From the human T2T-CHM13v2.0 reference genome, Homo sapiens: a DNA stretch of 64,000 bases. Under the pieces are notes generated by a model. The model made no database searches. It saw only the letters and a list, made by a program, of their open reading frames with translations, and had not been told where the DNA came from. The position numbers were made by a program, and so were the translations under genes. The DNA is taken from the NCBI RefSeq assembly GCF_009914755.1, contig NC_060934.1. The stretch is one strand, 5' to 3'. Shown here one piece after another: positions 28,243 to 64,000 of the stretch; the first letter of the stretch is position 1, and every line of letters starts with the position of its first letter.

Positions 28243-29114
28243 TCAAAAAAAAAAAGAAAAAAAAAGAAATTTGGTTGTAAAATGCTTCAATATATTAGTT
28301 TCTGGTATAAAATTCCAGGAGAGAGGCAGAGATTGCAGTGAGCTGAGATCACGCCACTGCACTCCAGTCTGGGTGACAGAGCTAGACTCCATCTCAAAAA
28401 AATAAAATAAAATAAAATCCCAGGAGAGGCCGGTCATGGTGGCTCATGCCTGTAATCCCAGCACTTTAGGAGGCTGAGGCAGGTGGAACACCTGAGGTCA
28501 AGAGTTCAAAACCAACCTGGCCAACATGGTGAAACCCCGTCTCTACTAAAACTACAAAAATTAGCTGGGCATGGTGGTGGGTGCCTGTAATCCCAGCTAC
28601 TCAGGAGGCTGAGGCAGGGAGAATTGCTTGAACCCGGGAGGCTGCAGTGAGCTGAGATGGCGCCACTGCACTCCAGCCTGGGCAACAGAGTAAGTCTCTC
28701 TCTCAAAAAAAAAAAAAAAAAAAAAACCCAAGAGATCTAAGAATATCTGATTTTTAATTATTAATAATAGTAAATCAAATAATGTAATATAGTCTGTTTA
28801 AGAGGAAAAATGCAAATGTAGTTCATTTTTACATGAGGCCTCTGATTTGAGGGCACCAAGAGAAAATTCCAGACTTAGGATTTGAAAATAATGAGAGGGT
28901 TATAAAGTTGAAAACAAAACCTGATGGAAATGATAAATTTATTTATAATTCATTGTACCTCAACCATTGAGATAAAGACTCTATCCTCCAGTATCAAGGT
29001 GATTAAAATAGCAATACTTAAATCCAAATTAAAATAAATTAAAAAGTTGACTTTTTTTGTTCCCTTCTTTTCACAGGTGTTGAAAAAGTTGCCTTTTAAA
29101 TACCCGAGGAATAA

Positions 29115-29370
<256 letters not shown>

Positions 29371-29463
29371 TAGCTGGGACTACAGGCACATGCCACCACG
29401 TCCAGCTAATTTTTGTATTTTTAGTAGAGACGGGTTTCACCATGTTGGTCAGGCTGGTCTTGA

Positions 29464-35677
<6,214 letters not shown>

Positions 35678-36055
35678 AGAAAGTTGCATATTACTAAATG
35701 AGAAAAGCAATTTGCAAAATATAATTTATATAATCTCATTTTTGTGGAAAATTTTTATATACATATTTACATATGCATATAAAACCTCTTGAAAGACCAT
35801 CTAAAACTTAACTGCTGTTATCCTAGAGGGGAGAAGGCAGGTCATCAAAGGGGATTTGCACTATTTATCTCTGTCATGTTTAAGTTTTTATTATAAGAAT
35901 GTATTAATTTTGTGCAAAACAATAAAAGTAGGCCAGGCGTGGTGGCTCACGCCTGTAATCCCAGCACATTGGGAGACCAAGGCTGGATGATCTCGCCAAG
36001 CCAGGAGTATGAGACCAGCCTGGACAGAATAGCGAGACCCTGTCTCTAAAAATAA

Positions 36056-36104
<49 letters not shown>

Positions 36105-36133
36105 CAGACAGATAGACAGACAGACAGATAGAT
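36056..36133. repeat. (GATA)n/(GACA)n compound tetranucleotide STR in an Alu-monomer tail
   Basis: tagatagatagata...gacagacagatagacagacagacagatagata. Confidence 0.95.
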
Positions 36134-36764
36134 AAACAAACAATAAAAGTCTTAACTTTCTCCTTTGTGGAAGAAATTCTAAGGGGATAGGACAGTGCCT
36201 CAATGAACTCATTTTAAATTAGCTCTCCCTTTTTACACAAAAACTGCCCAAATCTGCTCTACCTCCCAATGAATTTTTGCATCCCTTAGGAGTTCTCTAG
36301 TCAAGTAAATGGCAAAAACTGTGGTCAGGGAAGAAGTCAAGGCTGAAATCCAGGAGTCATTGCTCCTTATCTTCCTAGAACCTGACTCTTGGCCTGAAAT
36401 AGACTCTACTGCTCCCTTTCTGAATGAAGAGAGAGGAGGACCTAAAGTTGTTTGTGTAGGAGCCACAACTGACCAAGCTCATCTCACAATAAGGTTTGGA
36501 GCCCCAAATGAAGACTTGGTCTAGAAGATTCCATGTGGACAACAAAATTACACAGTTAAGATACTGAGGTGAAGACCCCCTAAATCGTCTGGCCTAGGTA
36601 ATGGAGAAAGTGAATTTGTGTATTAATTCTTTATTTTCTGGTTCAGTCTAGCCAGAGAGGGTTTTGGAGCAAGAGGAACAAGGTTAAAAGAAAAGAACAA
36701 AGACCATTGTCTCAGGGAGACCTTAAGAAAGGTGATGCGGATGCTAAAGTAGAAGGTGTGAAAA

Positions 36765-37030
36765 TAGTTAGAAAGAATGAAGAAGACCTAGTATTCAACA
36801 GCACAACAGGGTGACTATCGTCAATAATAATTTCATTGTACATGGTAACTAAGAGTATAATTAGACTGTTTGTAACACAAAGGATTAATGCTTGAGGTGA
36901 TGGATACTCATTTACCCTGATGTGATTATCATGCATTCATTGTATGCCTGTATCAAAATATCTCATGTACATGTACTCCATAAATATATATACCTACTAT
37001 GTATCCACAAAAGTTAATTGAAATTTTTTT
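36765..37030 (+). mobile_element. L1MA-type 3' end fragment
   Basis: gcacaacagggtgactat...gcttgaggtgatggatac...tgtatcaaaatatctcatgtac. Confidence 0.8.
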
Positions 37031-37699
37031 TAAAAGATGGGGCTATATGGCCACATAGACATCAGTCTGGAGCCCTTTGAGGATCCCCAGTGCTGTGGCT
37101 GAGGCCACCCTCCTCCCTAGGGAACAGAAGGAGCAGAGTCCCAGAGAAGTGTGAGCGAGGGCCTGGGTGCCCTCCTGGCTCCGCCACCTGAGTTTAAGAA
37201 AGTAGGGATTTTGAGATCACCTTTGTGTGCCTATTGAAATCTCTTCCCTTCTTCGAAACTCAAATTCTACCTTCTTCAGAAAACCTCCCCTAAATAAGCC
37301 TACACTATTATAGGCAGTTTGTAGCTTTCTAATACTTTATTAAACTGCGTTATTTTATTGTCACCTTACTAGGCTGTAAATGTTGTTAGGGCAGAAATCA
37401 TGTTTTGGTTTTTAAAAATTTCCACAATGCCTAGGGTGGTGTTGAGAATAAAATAGGCATTTGGTAAGTAATTGTGTGATGAAAAAGTTGAAAGGAAGAA
37501 AAAACCATCGGGCTTCCTGAAGTTTCTAGCCTTTCTAACTTAGACAGAGAATACACTAGATGGTAGGACTGCATCCCCACATTCTCAAATCAGAGGGTGG
37601 AGGTTCACCTGCACCTGGTGTATTTTTTTCTGAAAAAACAAAACAAACAAAAAAATGCTATCCTGAATGCAAATTCAGTCTCAAAGTGCTACAGAGGAC

Positions 37700-38250
37700 A
37701 ACCAGGAAAGCACAGTCCTTTCTGGATCCCTTTTGGGGACCAGGCTGTGTGTGTGTGTGTGTGTTGTGTGTGTGTGTGTGTGTGTCTGTGTGTAAGTGTG
37801 CATAGGTGGGAAAAGGTTGTGGTGTGATGGGAGGGGATAGGCAAGAGGGAGGAAAGAGACTCCATGCAGTGATTATGTGGAGGGGATTTGCTATGTCTCT
37901 TCCCCCCGCTTCTTTCTTTGTCCTCTTTCTCCTGGTCCCCTTCTTCTGCATTTGTCTGGGAGGATCCTGGAGTGTTCTTTTGATCGACTCAATCTTTCTC
38001 TGGCACTTGAGTTCTGATTGGCTGAAGGACTTAGAGGGGAAAAAAAACTTTAATTAAGTAGATAATCTCTTCTTTGGACGTTTGGCAGCTCCATTTCACC
38101 TCCCCTTAACTCTGTTTGGGATCGCTTACACACCAAGGAAGTTGGGCTTCGAGAATTCCATCCCACTGGCACTGAGGAGAATATTTCTCCGTCTTGCTTA
38201 CCCATCTCCCAGTTTTTTGGAATTTTCTCTAGCTGTTACTCCAGAGGATT
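37700..38250 (+). promoter_or_regulatory. WNT8B: WNT8B promoter / 5'UTR region (CpG-poor)
   Basis: Unique sequence directly upstream of the ATG. Inverted CCAAT (ATTGG 38017-38021), homeodomain palindrome TTAATTAA (38050-38057), (TG)n tract. Exact TSS cannot be determined from sequence. Confidence 0.65.
37746..37800. repeat. Interrupted (TG)n microsatellite ~450 nt upstream of the WNT8B ATG
   Basis: Seen directly. Confidence 0.95.
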
Positions 38251-57922
<19,672 letters not shown>

Positions 57923-58806
57923 GGGTTTCCTCTGCCCCCTCCTTTTCCCACTGGTTCTTGGCTTCCTTTAGAGACCCCGGTAATTGTGGAACCTAGGGAA
58001 TGGGGAACCCGCTCTCCCAGACCTAGGGATCCTGAGAGGGAGAGACTGCAATTTCTCCAAAGCTTGCCACTTTCCAGCCTGTTTCCCCAATTCCTCTGTG
58101 CTCTCCTAGAGCTCTGTCTGAATCCTCGCAGCCACACCTAGGTCTGAGAACTCAGGCTTTGAGTTACTGATCTTCCTTGGATTAGGAGAACAGGTGTTCC
58201 TCCTCCCCTCTCCTAGCAGCCCTAATGTCTGACCTAGCCTATCAAGCCTTAGGCGCTGGAAGAACCCTTCTCAGACACGCAGGACCCAGGTAAAGTCAAA
58301 GCTTTGCCCTTTTGCCCACTGTCTGCTACCAGGGCTCACCCACTGCTGCACCTCTCTTCTGCACAGCTCCTCCCCTGCTACCTGCTGAGCCAGATTCCCC
58401 AGGAATCTTGAATGCTTTCTCTCCTCTTCTCCCTTTCCTTTCCCAGAAAAACTGAGGAAACTGGCCCCGGAAAAGCATGTCTTTGGGGTTGGTTCCTAGA
58501 GGCAGAGGTTGAAGATGGAAGAGGGAGCTCTGGAGTGCTAACTTGAACACCAAGGGTGCTACTCATCCCTATGGTATCATATCATGAATGGACTTTACTA
58601 GTGGGGCAATGACTTTCCTAGACAATAACCCGAGGGACTCCAGATACATACCCCGAAGGTCTAGGAAATACGTTAAGGGCAGATTACAGTCATTTCCTAC
58701 CCTTTAAAGGTAACTTCTCCCTTCTCCTGACCTACGTCCTCCTAGCAACCAACTTTACCTCTTCTTCTCCAAAGGATCTTTGTTCCTCTGAGCCAAGACT
58801 GAGGTA

Positions 58807-58812
58807 AATAAA
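58807..58812 (+). terminator. WNT8B: WNT8B polyadenylation signal AATAAA
   Basis: First canonical AATAAA I found after the stop, ~0.9 kb downstream. Confidence 0.8.
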
Positions 58813-60199
58813 GCCACTTTCCTCTTCAGATCCTGGTCTGCACCTCTAGAGGCAGGTCCTAAGAAGGAGAAACTGAGACCCTTCCTTCTCACTAACCTGG
58901 TTCTCAAACAGGCAGGATTCAGAGCACTGGATATCTTCCTTCAATGAGTAAACTTCCTGCAATGAAACTGTTGCTTAGTAGGAAGTTCAGCACCTTGAAC
59001 CTTAATTTATTGCAGTCATTGTGATATGTGCTCTTTTTCTAGGTACTGCACTTATTCTTGAGGATATTCGGGTGGGCTGTGGTAACAGATACAACCTGTA
59101 GGCTCTCTCCTCCCTCCCATCTTGGCAGGATACCATCCTCCCTAAAGCCTCACTTCCCTGGTGGCCCAAGCAGTTATCTGGATTGAGGCTAAGCTGCCAA
59201 GGATTAGTAAATCATCTATTTAAATCTTCTAATACATTCACTCAAGAGCCATGAGCTTGCTGCTTGTGGTACTTGAGTCTTCTGGTTTTATTCTCAGAGA
59301 GTACAGCAGGGACTTGTTTATGAAACAGAGCAAGACCTTGGGGAGGGAAGAACCAATCCCTGACAGACCCTCTGTAGCCCAAGGGGCTTCCCAGCCAGCT
59401 TCCTTGCCCTAGGACAGTCCCAGGTCTGGGGCTGGGCAGCTCTTCTAGAGCAGAACTGGTCAGATGCTAGACGACCTCAACCTTCCTCTCCCAGAGTAGG
59501 AGAAAGCAGTGTGGCTGGCTCCAGGCAACAAAAGCCAAGACTCTAGGGGTTCACCTGTAAGAGTCAAGGGTTCCCGTATTCCAAACTAAGGCAATGGCCA
59601 GGTCAGATCCCAAACCCTTGGCCTCACCCACACACCTTCTGGTCTTACCAACACTTACTGAGGAGAGAGTTTCCCCTTCCTGACCGGGGATACACTTCCT
59701 TTCAGGTGTTCTTAGTGCTTCATTTCCAGCTTTCTCAGCAAAAGGCCCTTCACGCCTTCCCTCTGCTTTTATCTGAACCTCCTGAATCTCCCAACTCACC
59801 TTTTCTCCTTAATCAAGAAGCAGCATATACTAACCTACCTGTCCCACTTTGCAGAATTACTTTATAATGTACACGAAGAAAGTTTGGCAAGGCAGCTAGA
59901 AAATTTAAAAGCACAATGTTGTAAAGTAAAGCTACATTCTCCAGGTCTCTTAGCATAAAAGCAGAACTATTGTGCTTCATATTTGGTAACTCCAGGTCAG
60001 CACTCTAAATACGTCATGCCGCCAGAACATTATTTCATAGGTTATTGTTTTATACCCCCAAATGGATACCAGATTCATTCCAGTTCTACCAAGAAAACAT
60101 GACTGAGATGCCTTGGATCTGTATTGCTTTTCCCTTCCTTTTGCAATATCCACTTGTTCATTTGTTCATTCAACAAACACCAGAGTAGAGATAGTGGTG

Positions 60200-61700
60200 A
60201 ACAACCACCATTGCTGCATCACGGAGTTTAAGTTCTCATCTTACACTCAATTGCCAGGGCTGTGGTCCCTTTACAAAGTAGACAACTCCAGAACTGGTGC
60301 TTGGGAAGACATCTTTGAGGTCAGCCAGTCAAACCTTTTGTGTTACAGATTTAAACTGATGCTGAGAAAGATGACTGGCTTCTTCCCCCAACTAGTAAGT
60401 TACTGTGGGGAGAGTGCAGAGCACAGGCCCCTTCCACCTCTTGTGTGCTCTTCAGGAGCCCATCTGTCTCAGCCAGAAGACAGAAACAGAGGGAGGCCCT
60501 GAGAAGTGACAAGGACATTGGTTGGGGTGGGCAAAACACTGTCTCCTTCCTGTCCCTGGCCTGTGAGCCTAAACACAGGCAGAGCTTTTTCTTTTTGAAA
60601 AGAATCGCAGCCTCAACTGGCCTTAGCAGCAGGTTAGGGCAAAGACAGAGACGGGGTCGTCTTCGGCGCTGGTGGTGCTGGCGGTGGTGGGAGGGGAGGG
60701 CAGGCCAGGGCACTCGCCTATTGTAGGTCTGGATTGGATGCTTCCACTCATTCATTTCCTTTTAATTAACCCGCATTCCTGGAGGAGAAATATTTATGTT
60801 GGCTCCCATAGAGGCAATCCTCAGACTGGAAAGAAGGGGGAAGAAAGCCTGTCTTAGCAAAACAATATCTCTAAAGAGCTCAAGAAGAGAAAATAGGAGA
60901 ACAAAATGCCATTAAAATAGCCTTCTACCCCCACTGGAGTCAATGAAAACTTCATTTCACATGCTAATCCGCCACTCCGCCCCCTTGTCTTCTCACAACA
61001 CCTTTTCCGAAAGTGTTTGGGAAAAGTCTTCGCAGTCAGTACACAGCTCCCTGCAGCTCAGACTTCTCCTTGTGTTAGTTCAGGGCCCCAAGTGGGGCTC
61101 TCGCTCCAGCAGCGGCTTTTTTCTCCCCCACTTTAATTTAAACAAAGACTTCGGAGTTCATCAACCTCCCACTGAAATTCACAGCTGCTGAACAAACTAA
61201 TCCCCTCTCCCGGCCTTTCTTCCCTTCAATGGGCTCTTGGCTTCAAAGACACTTTGGGAAAGGACTTTGCTAGGGCTCACACTGCTTCATCAATAGAAGT
61301 TAGTGCAAGTATTATCTGAAGAGCAAGTGGCTTTACAAACAAATACTGCCTAACAATCCCTCCCTCCCAAACACACACACATCTAGCCCGCAGACATGAT
61401 GGGATCTACAACAGGATTAGGGCTAGCATCCCCTGGCTTCACACCCAGTCCCTTTGTATAGCTGAGCTCAGCCCCGAAGTGGGGTAGGGAAAACCCTGGA
61501 ACTGAACACCAGGCACGGATGAAGGGAGACAATCCCCCCACCCTCAACACACCCAGCAGAGTGACCACAAATGCTGCAAGGAGAGAACCTAATTCAGTGG
61601 GAATGGACACCTTCCTTTAACTTTCTTGATTTATCTCTCCCTAAGCCTCTCCCCTGCCTTACTAGGGTGCAGGAAGCAAGAATAAAGAGGACTAGAAAGG
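60200..61700. promoter_or_regulatory. Candidate forebrain (dorsomedial telencephalon) enhancer between WNT8B and SEC31B
   Basis: Alu-free. TAATCC/GGATTA at 60965, 61198, 61414; TTAATTAA at 60762; TCF/LEF-type TTCAAAG at 61242 and AACAAAG at 61141. Position matches my recollection of VISTA hs1006 (not verified). Confidence 0.65.
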
Positions 61701-61768
61701 TAATGGCAAAATAGAACCCAGAGGAGGCAATGACTGGGAGATGACAGAGGAAACCAAATCGAAGCAGC

Positions 61769-61774
61769 TTTATT
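61769..61774 (-). terminator. SEC31B: SEC31B polyadenylation signal (AATAAA on - strand)
   Basis: tttatt on + strand, ~950 nt past the SEC31B stop. Confidence 0.75.
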
Positions 61775-62722
61775 GCACCATTAAGTACATCACTGCATCA
61801 AAGACAGTGCCACAAATGCAAATCCAATCGGAGAAGGTAGCCCTGAGACATGTGGTGGCTGCGAGGGAGAAGGACCCCCAACCCTTGAGGAGCAGCGCTG
61901 GAAGAGAATCATTCCTTAATATGGCTCCAATTCCAGAACTGGGCTTTATCATCACAGAAGGAATGGCCTTGGGCTAAGGCTCCAACATAGGTGGAGTCAA
62001 GGGCAGTTCCCCATAGGCTGTGGTTCCCCTGCTCCTGTCTCACAGCCTAAGACAGCTTCCAGCAAAAGGCAGTTCATCCCTTTCACCTTCCATCCAACCT
62101 AGCCCACCCTTAATAATGCCGGCAGATGAGAAATTCCATTTTAACAGCGCCAAAGTTTCCTCTCTTGGTTCTGCTCAGCACCCATCCCTCACGTCCATGA
62201 GTTGTTCAAAGGGTGAACAGCAGTCAGCTCTACCCCAGACCCTGGGCTACAGAGAAATACGGACCTGGAAATACCAAGTCAGAGGCAGGGAAAAGGTAAG
62301 GGCAGGCTCATAAACCACAGAAGGGAGAAACAAAAGACCCACATGATGGGTCACAGCAGAGGTAGGCTTAAAAGTAACAATCCTGTTCACCCTCTCAGAA
62401 GCCACTTAAATAGAAGATCCCTGGGGGAGAAGATATCCTGCCCCAGGTCCTTACAGAGTGTAGTATTAGGGAGAGTGAAGAACTGATTCTATGCCCTGCC
62501 TCCAGGCCTGAGAGTGTCTTGGACAGATCCTAGAAGGCCAGACATAAAGGAGTAAAAAGCAGGCACTCAGCTGGTTTGGAGCCAAGCCTACAGCATCACA
62601 TACCTGGCAGCAAGGAAAAGAGTCGGGAAAAAGAAACAGAATCTGTTGCAGAAGTCCCCTCTTCTGCAGGGAGGAGTTATGTAACAGCAGAAGTGGCCTC
62701 CTAGCAAGAGAGGCTGCCTGGT

Positions 62723-62902
62723 TTAGACCAGCAGCTTATGAGCGATGATGAGGACAGACTTCAGGATAGGCATGAAGCTGGACACCTCGCTGAAGCTGCT
62801 ACAGCCCGCCACCTGGGCATGCACTGCAAGGCCCTGCTCAAAGCTTCCTGCATCCACACATCGGGCAACCTCATGCAGCCCAGCCACGACATGAGGTGAG
62901 AG
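62723..62902 (-). CDS. SEC31B: SEC31B last coding exon
   Basis: cacag|CTCTCA; [59 protein letters not shown]; 180 nt; Sec31 C-terminal helical domain. Confidence 0.96.
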   Translation of the reverse strand, partial: LSPHVVAGLHEVARCVDAGSFEQGLAVHAQVAGCSSFSEVSSFMPILKSVLIIAHKLLV

Positions 62903-63133
62903 CTGTGGAGGGAATGACCCTTAGGTTAGTGAGCCCAACCCAGCTCCTACCCTGGCAGCATGGAAGGGATAAGGGAAGACTTAAGTTCTGGGGCCCAGTC
63001 CAGGCAAGATGCACGTATTTTGTGGGGAACCCAGGTCAGTGACACCTATGGGAAGAAAAGACACTGGGCTTCCTTTGGCCATGGTGATGGTGGAAGTGTA
63101 GGAGGCAGTGGGAGCACAGCTAGCTGTACTTAC

Positions 63134-63205
63134 TGTCCCCTCACAGAGCTTCTCATATAGATACTCCAGACGCTGGGCTGCCTCTTCCAGCTTCCTTTTT
63201 GTCTT
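63134..63205 (-). CDS. SEC31B: SEC31B penultimate exon
   Basis: ctgcag|AAGACA; [24 protein letters not shown]; donor gtaagt; 72 nt. Confidence 0.96.
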
Positions 63206-63284
63206 CTGCAGGGAAAGAAATGGATTCCAACCCCAGCCCCTAAGTCTAACACCACACAGGGCCATAAAGAATCACAGCATATTA

Positions 63285-63616
<332 letters not shown>

Positions 63617-63962
63617 TCACAGAGGAGGGAATGAAGGCCCAAGAAGGGTAAGTGACTTGCTCAAGCCGACACAGCCAGCAGGGGAATGGCAGACTTCCTC
63701 ACTCCTGGCTCCACCCTCCTTCCAGTACCCCTGCTGCCTTTAGGTCTCAATGCTGCTGGGTCCTACCACCAAGGAGCTGGACTTCAGACCAGACTCAAAA
63801 GTCTCTCCCCAGCTCCACATGGACGTCAATTAAGTACAAGATAGAGACAGCATGTCCAGGGGCAGTGAGAAGAGAGTCACACAAGGAACTGGTCCACAGC
63901 TGAGGGGTCCTGGAGCCAGCGAGGGGTGCGAGGAGGGCACTGTGAAGAAGGTTCAGACTTAC

Positions 63963-64000
63963 TAAGTCAGTTGCAGACAGGGAGCAGCGTTGGAGAAGCG
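63963..64000 (-). CDS. SEC31B: SEC31B third-from-last exon (partial, runs off the window)
   Basis: ...LLQRCSLSATDL|gtaagt, in phase with the next exon. Confidence 0.9.

Noticed and set aside
36233-36524. Non-repeat ORFs on both strands between the L1 and the WNT8B promoter, as a first exon of the decayed gene
   Set aside because: Weak splice signals and no recognisable motif
60113-60755. 129-134 aa ORFs in the WNT8B-SEC31B gap
   Set aside because: Low-complexity, no homology recognised; the region is better explained as regulatory

Overview
Human-type (primate) genomic DNA from the WNT8B locus (10q24 by recall). The + strand carries the complete 6-exon WNT8B gene (CDS 38251-57922, 351 aa, all GT-AG junctions and phases checked by hand, AATAAA at 58807). 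The - strand carries the last three coding exons and 3'UTR of SEC31B, convergent with WNT8B. The ~3 kb between their poly(A) signals is repeat-poor and rich in OTX/LHX/TCF motifs, consistent with a forebrain enhancer. A full-length but inactivated ~6.1 kb L1PA (about PA4-PA6) with a target-site duplication (TSD) ends ~2.5 kb upstream of the WNT8B start codon. The first 29.5 kb is very dense in Alu, old L1, L2, MIR and MaLR. The most notable observation is in the unique islands between these repeats. On the - strand they read as splice-site-bounded, frame-disrupted exon remnants of a tetratricopeptide-repeat (TPR)-like protein. This suggests a decayed multi-exon gene, head-to-head with WNT8B, that I cannot name. 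It is inference from manual translation and needs homology searches. Other findings include an 82-bp templated insertion with a fold-back junction, repeated Alu insertion into the same target site, and two coding alleles that differ from the reference proteins as I recall them.
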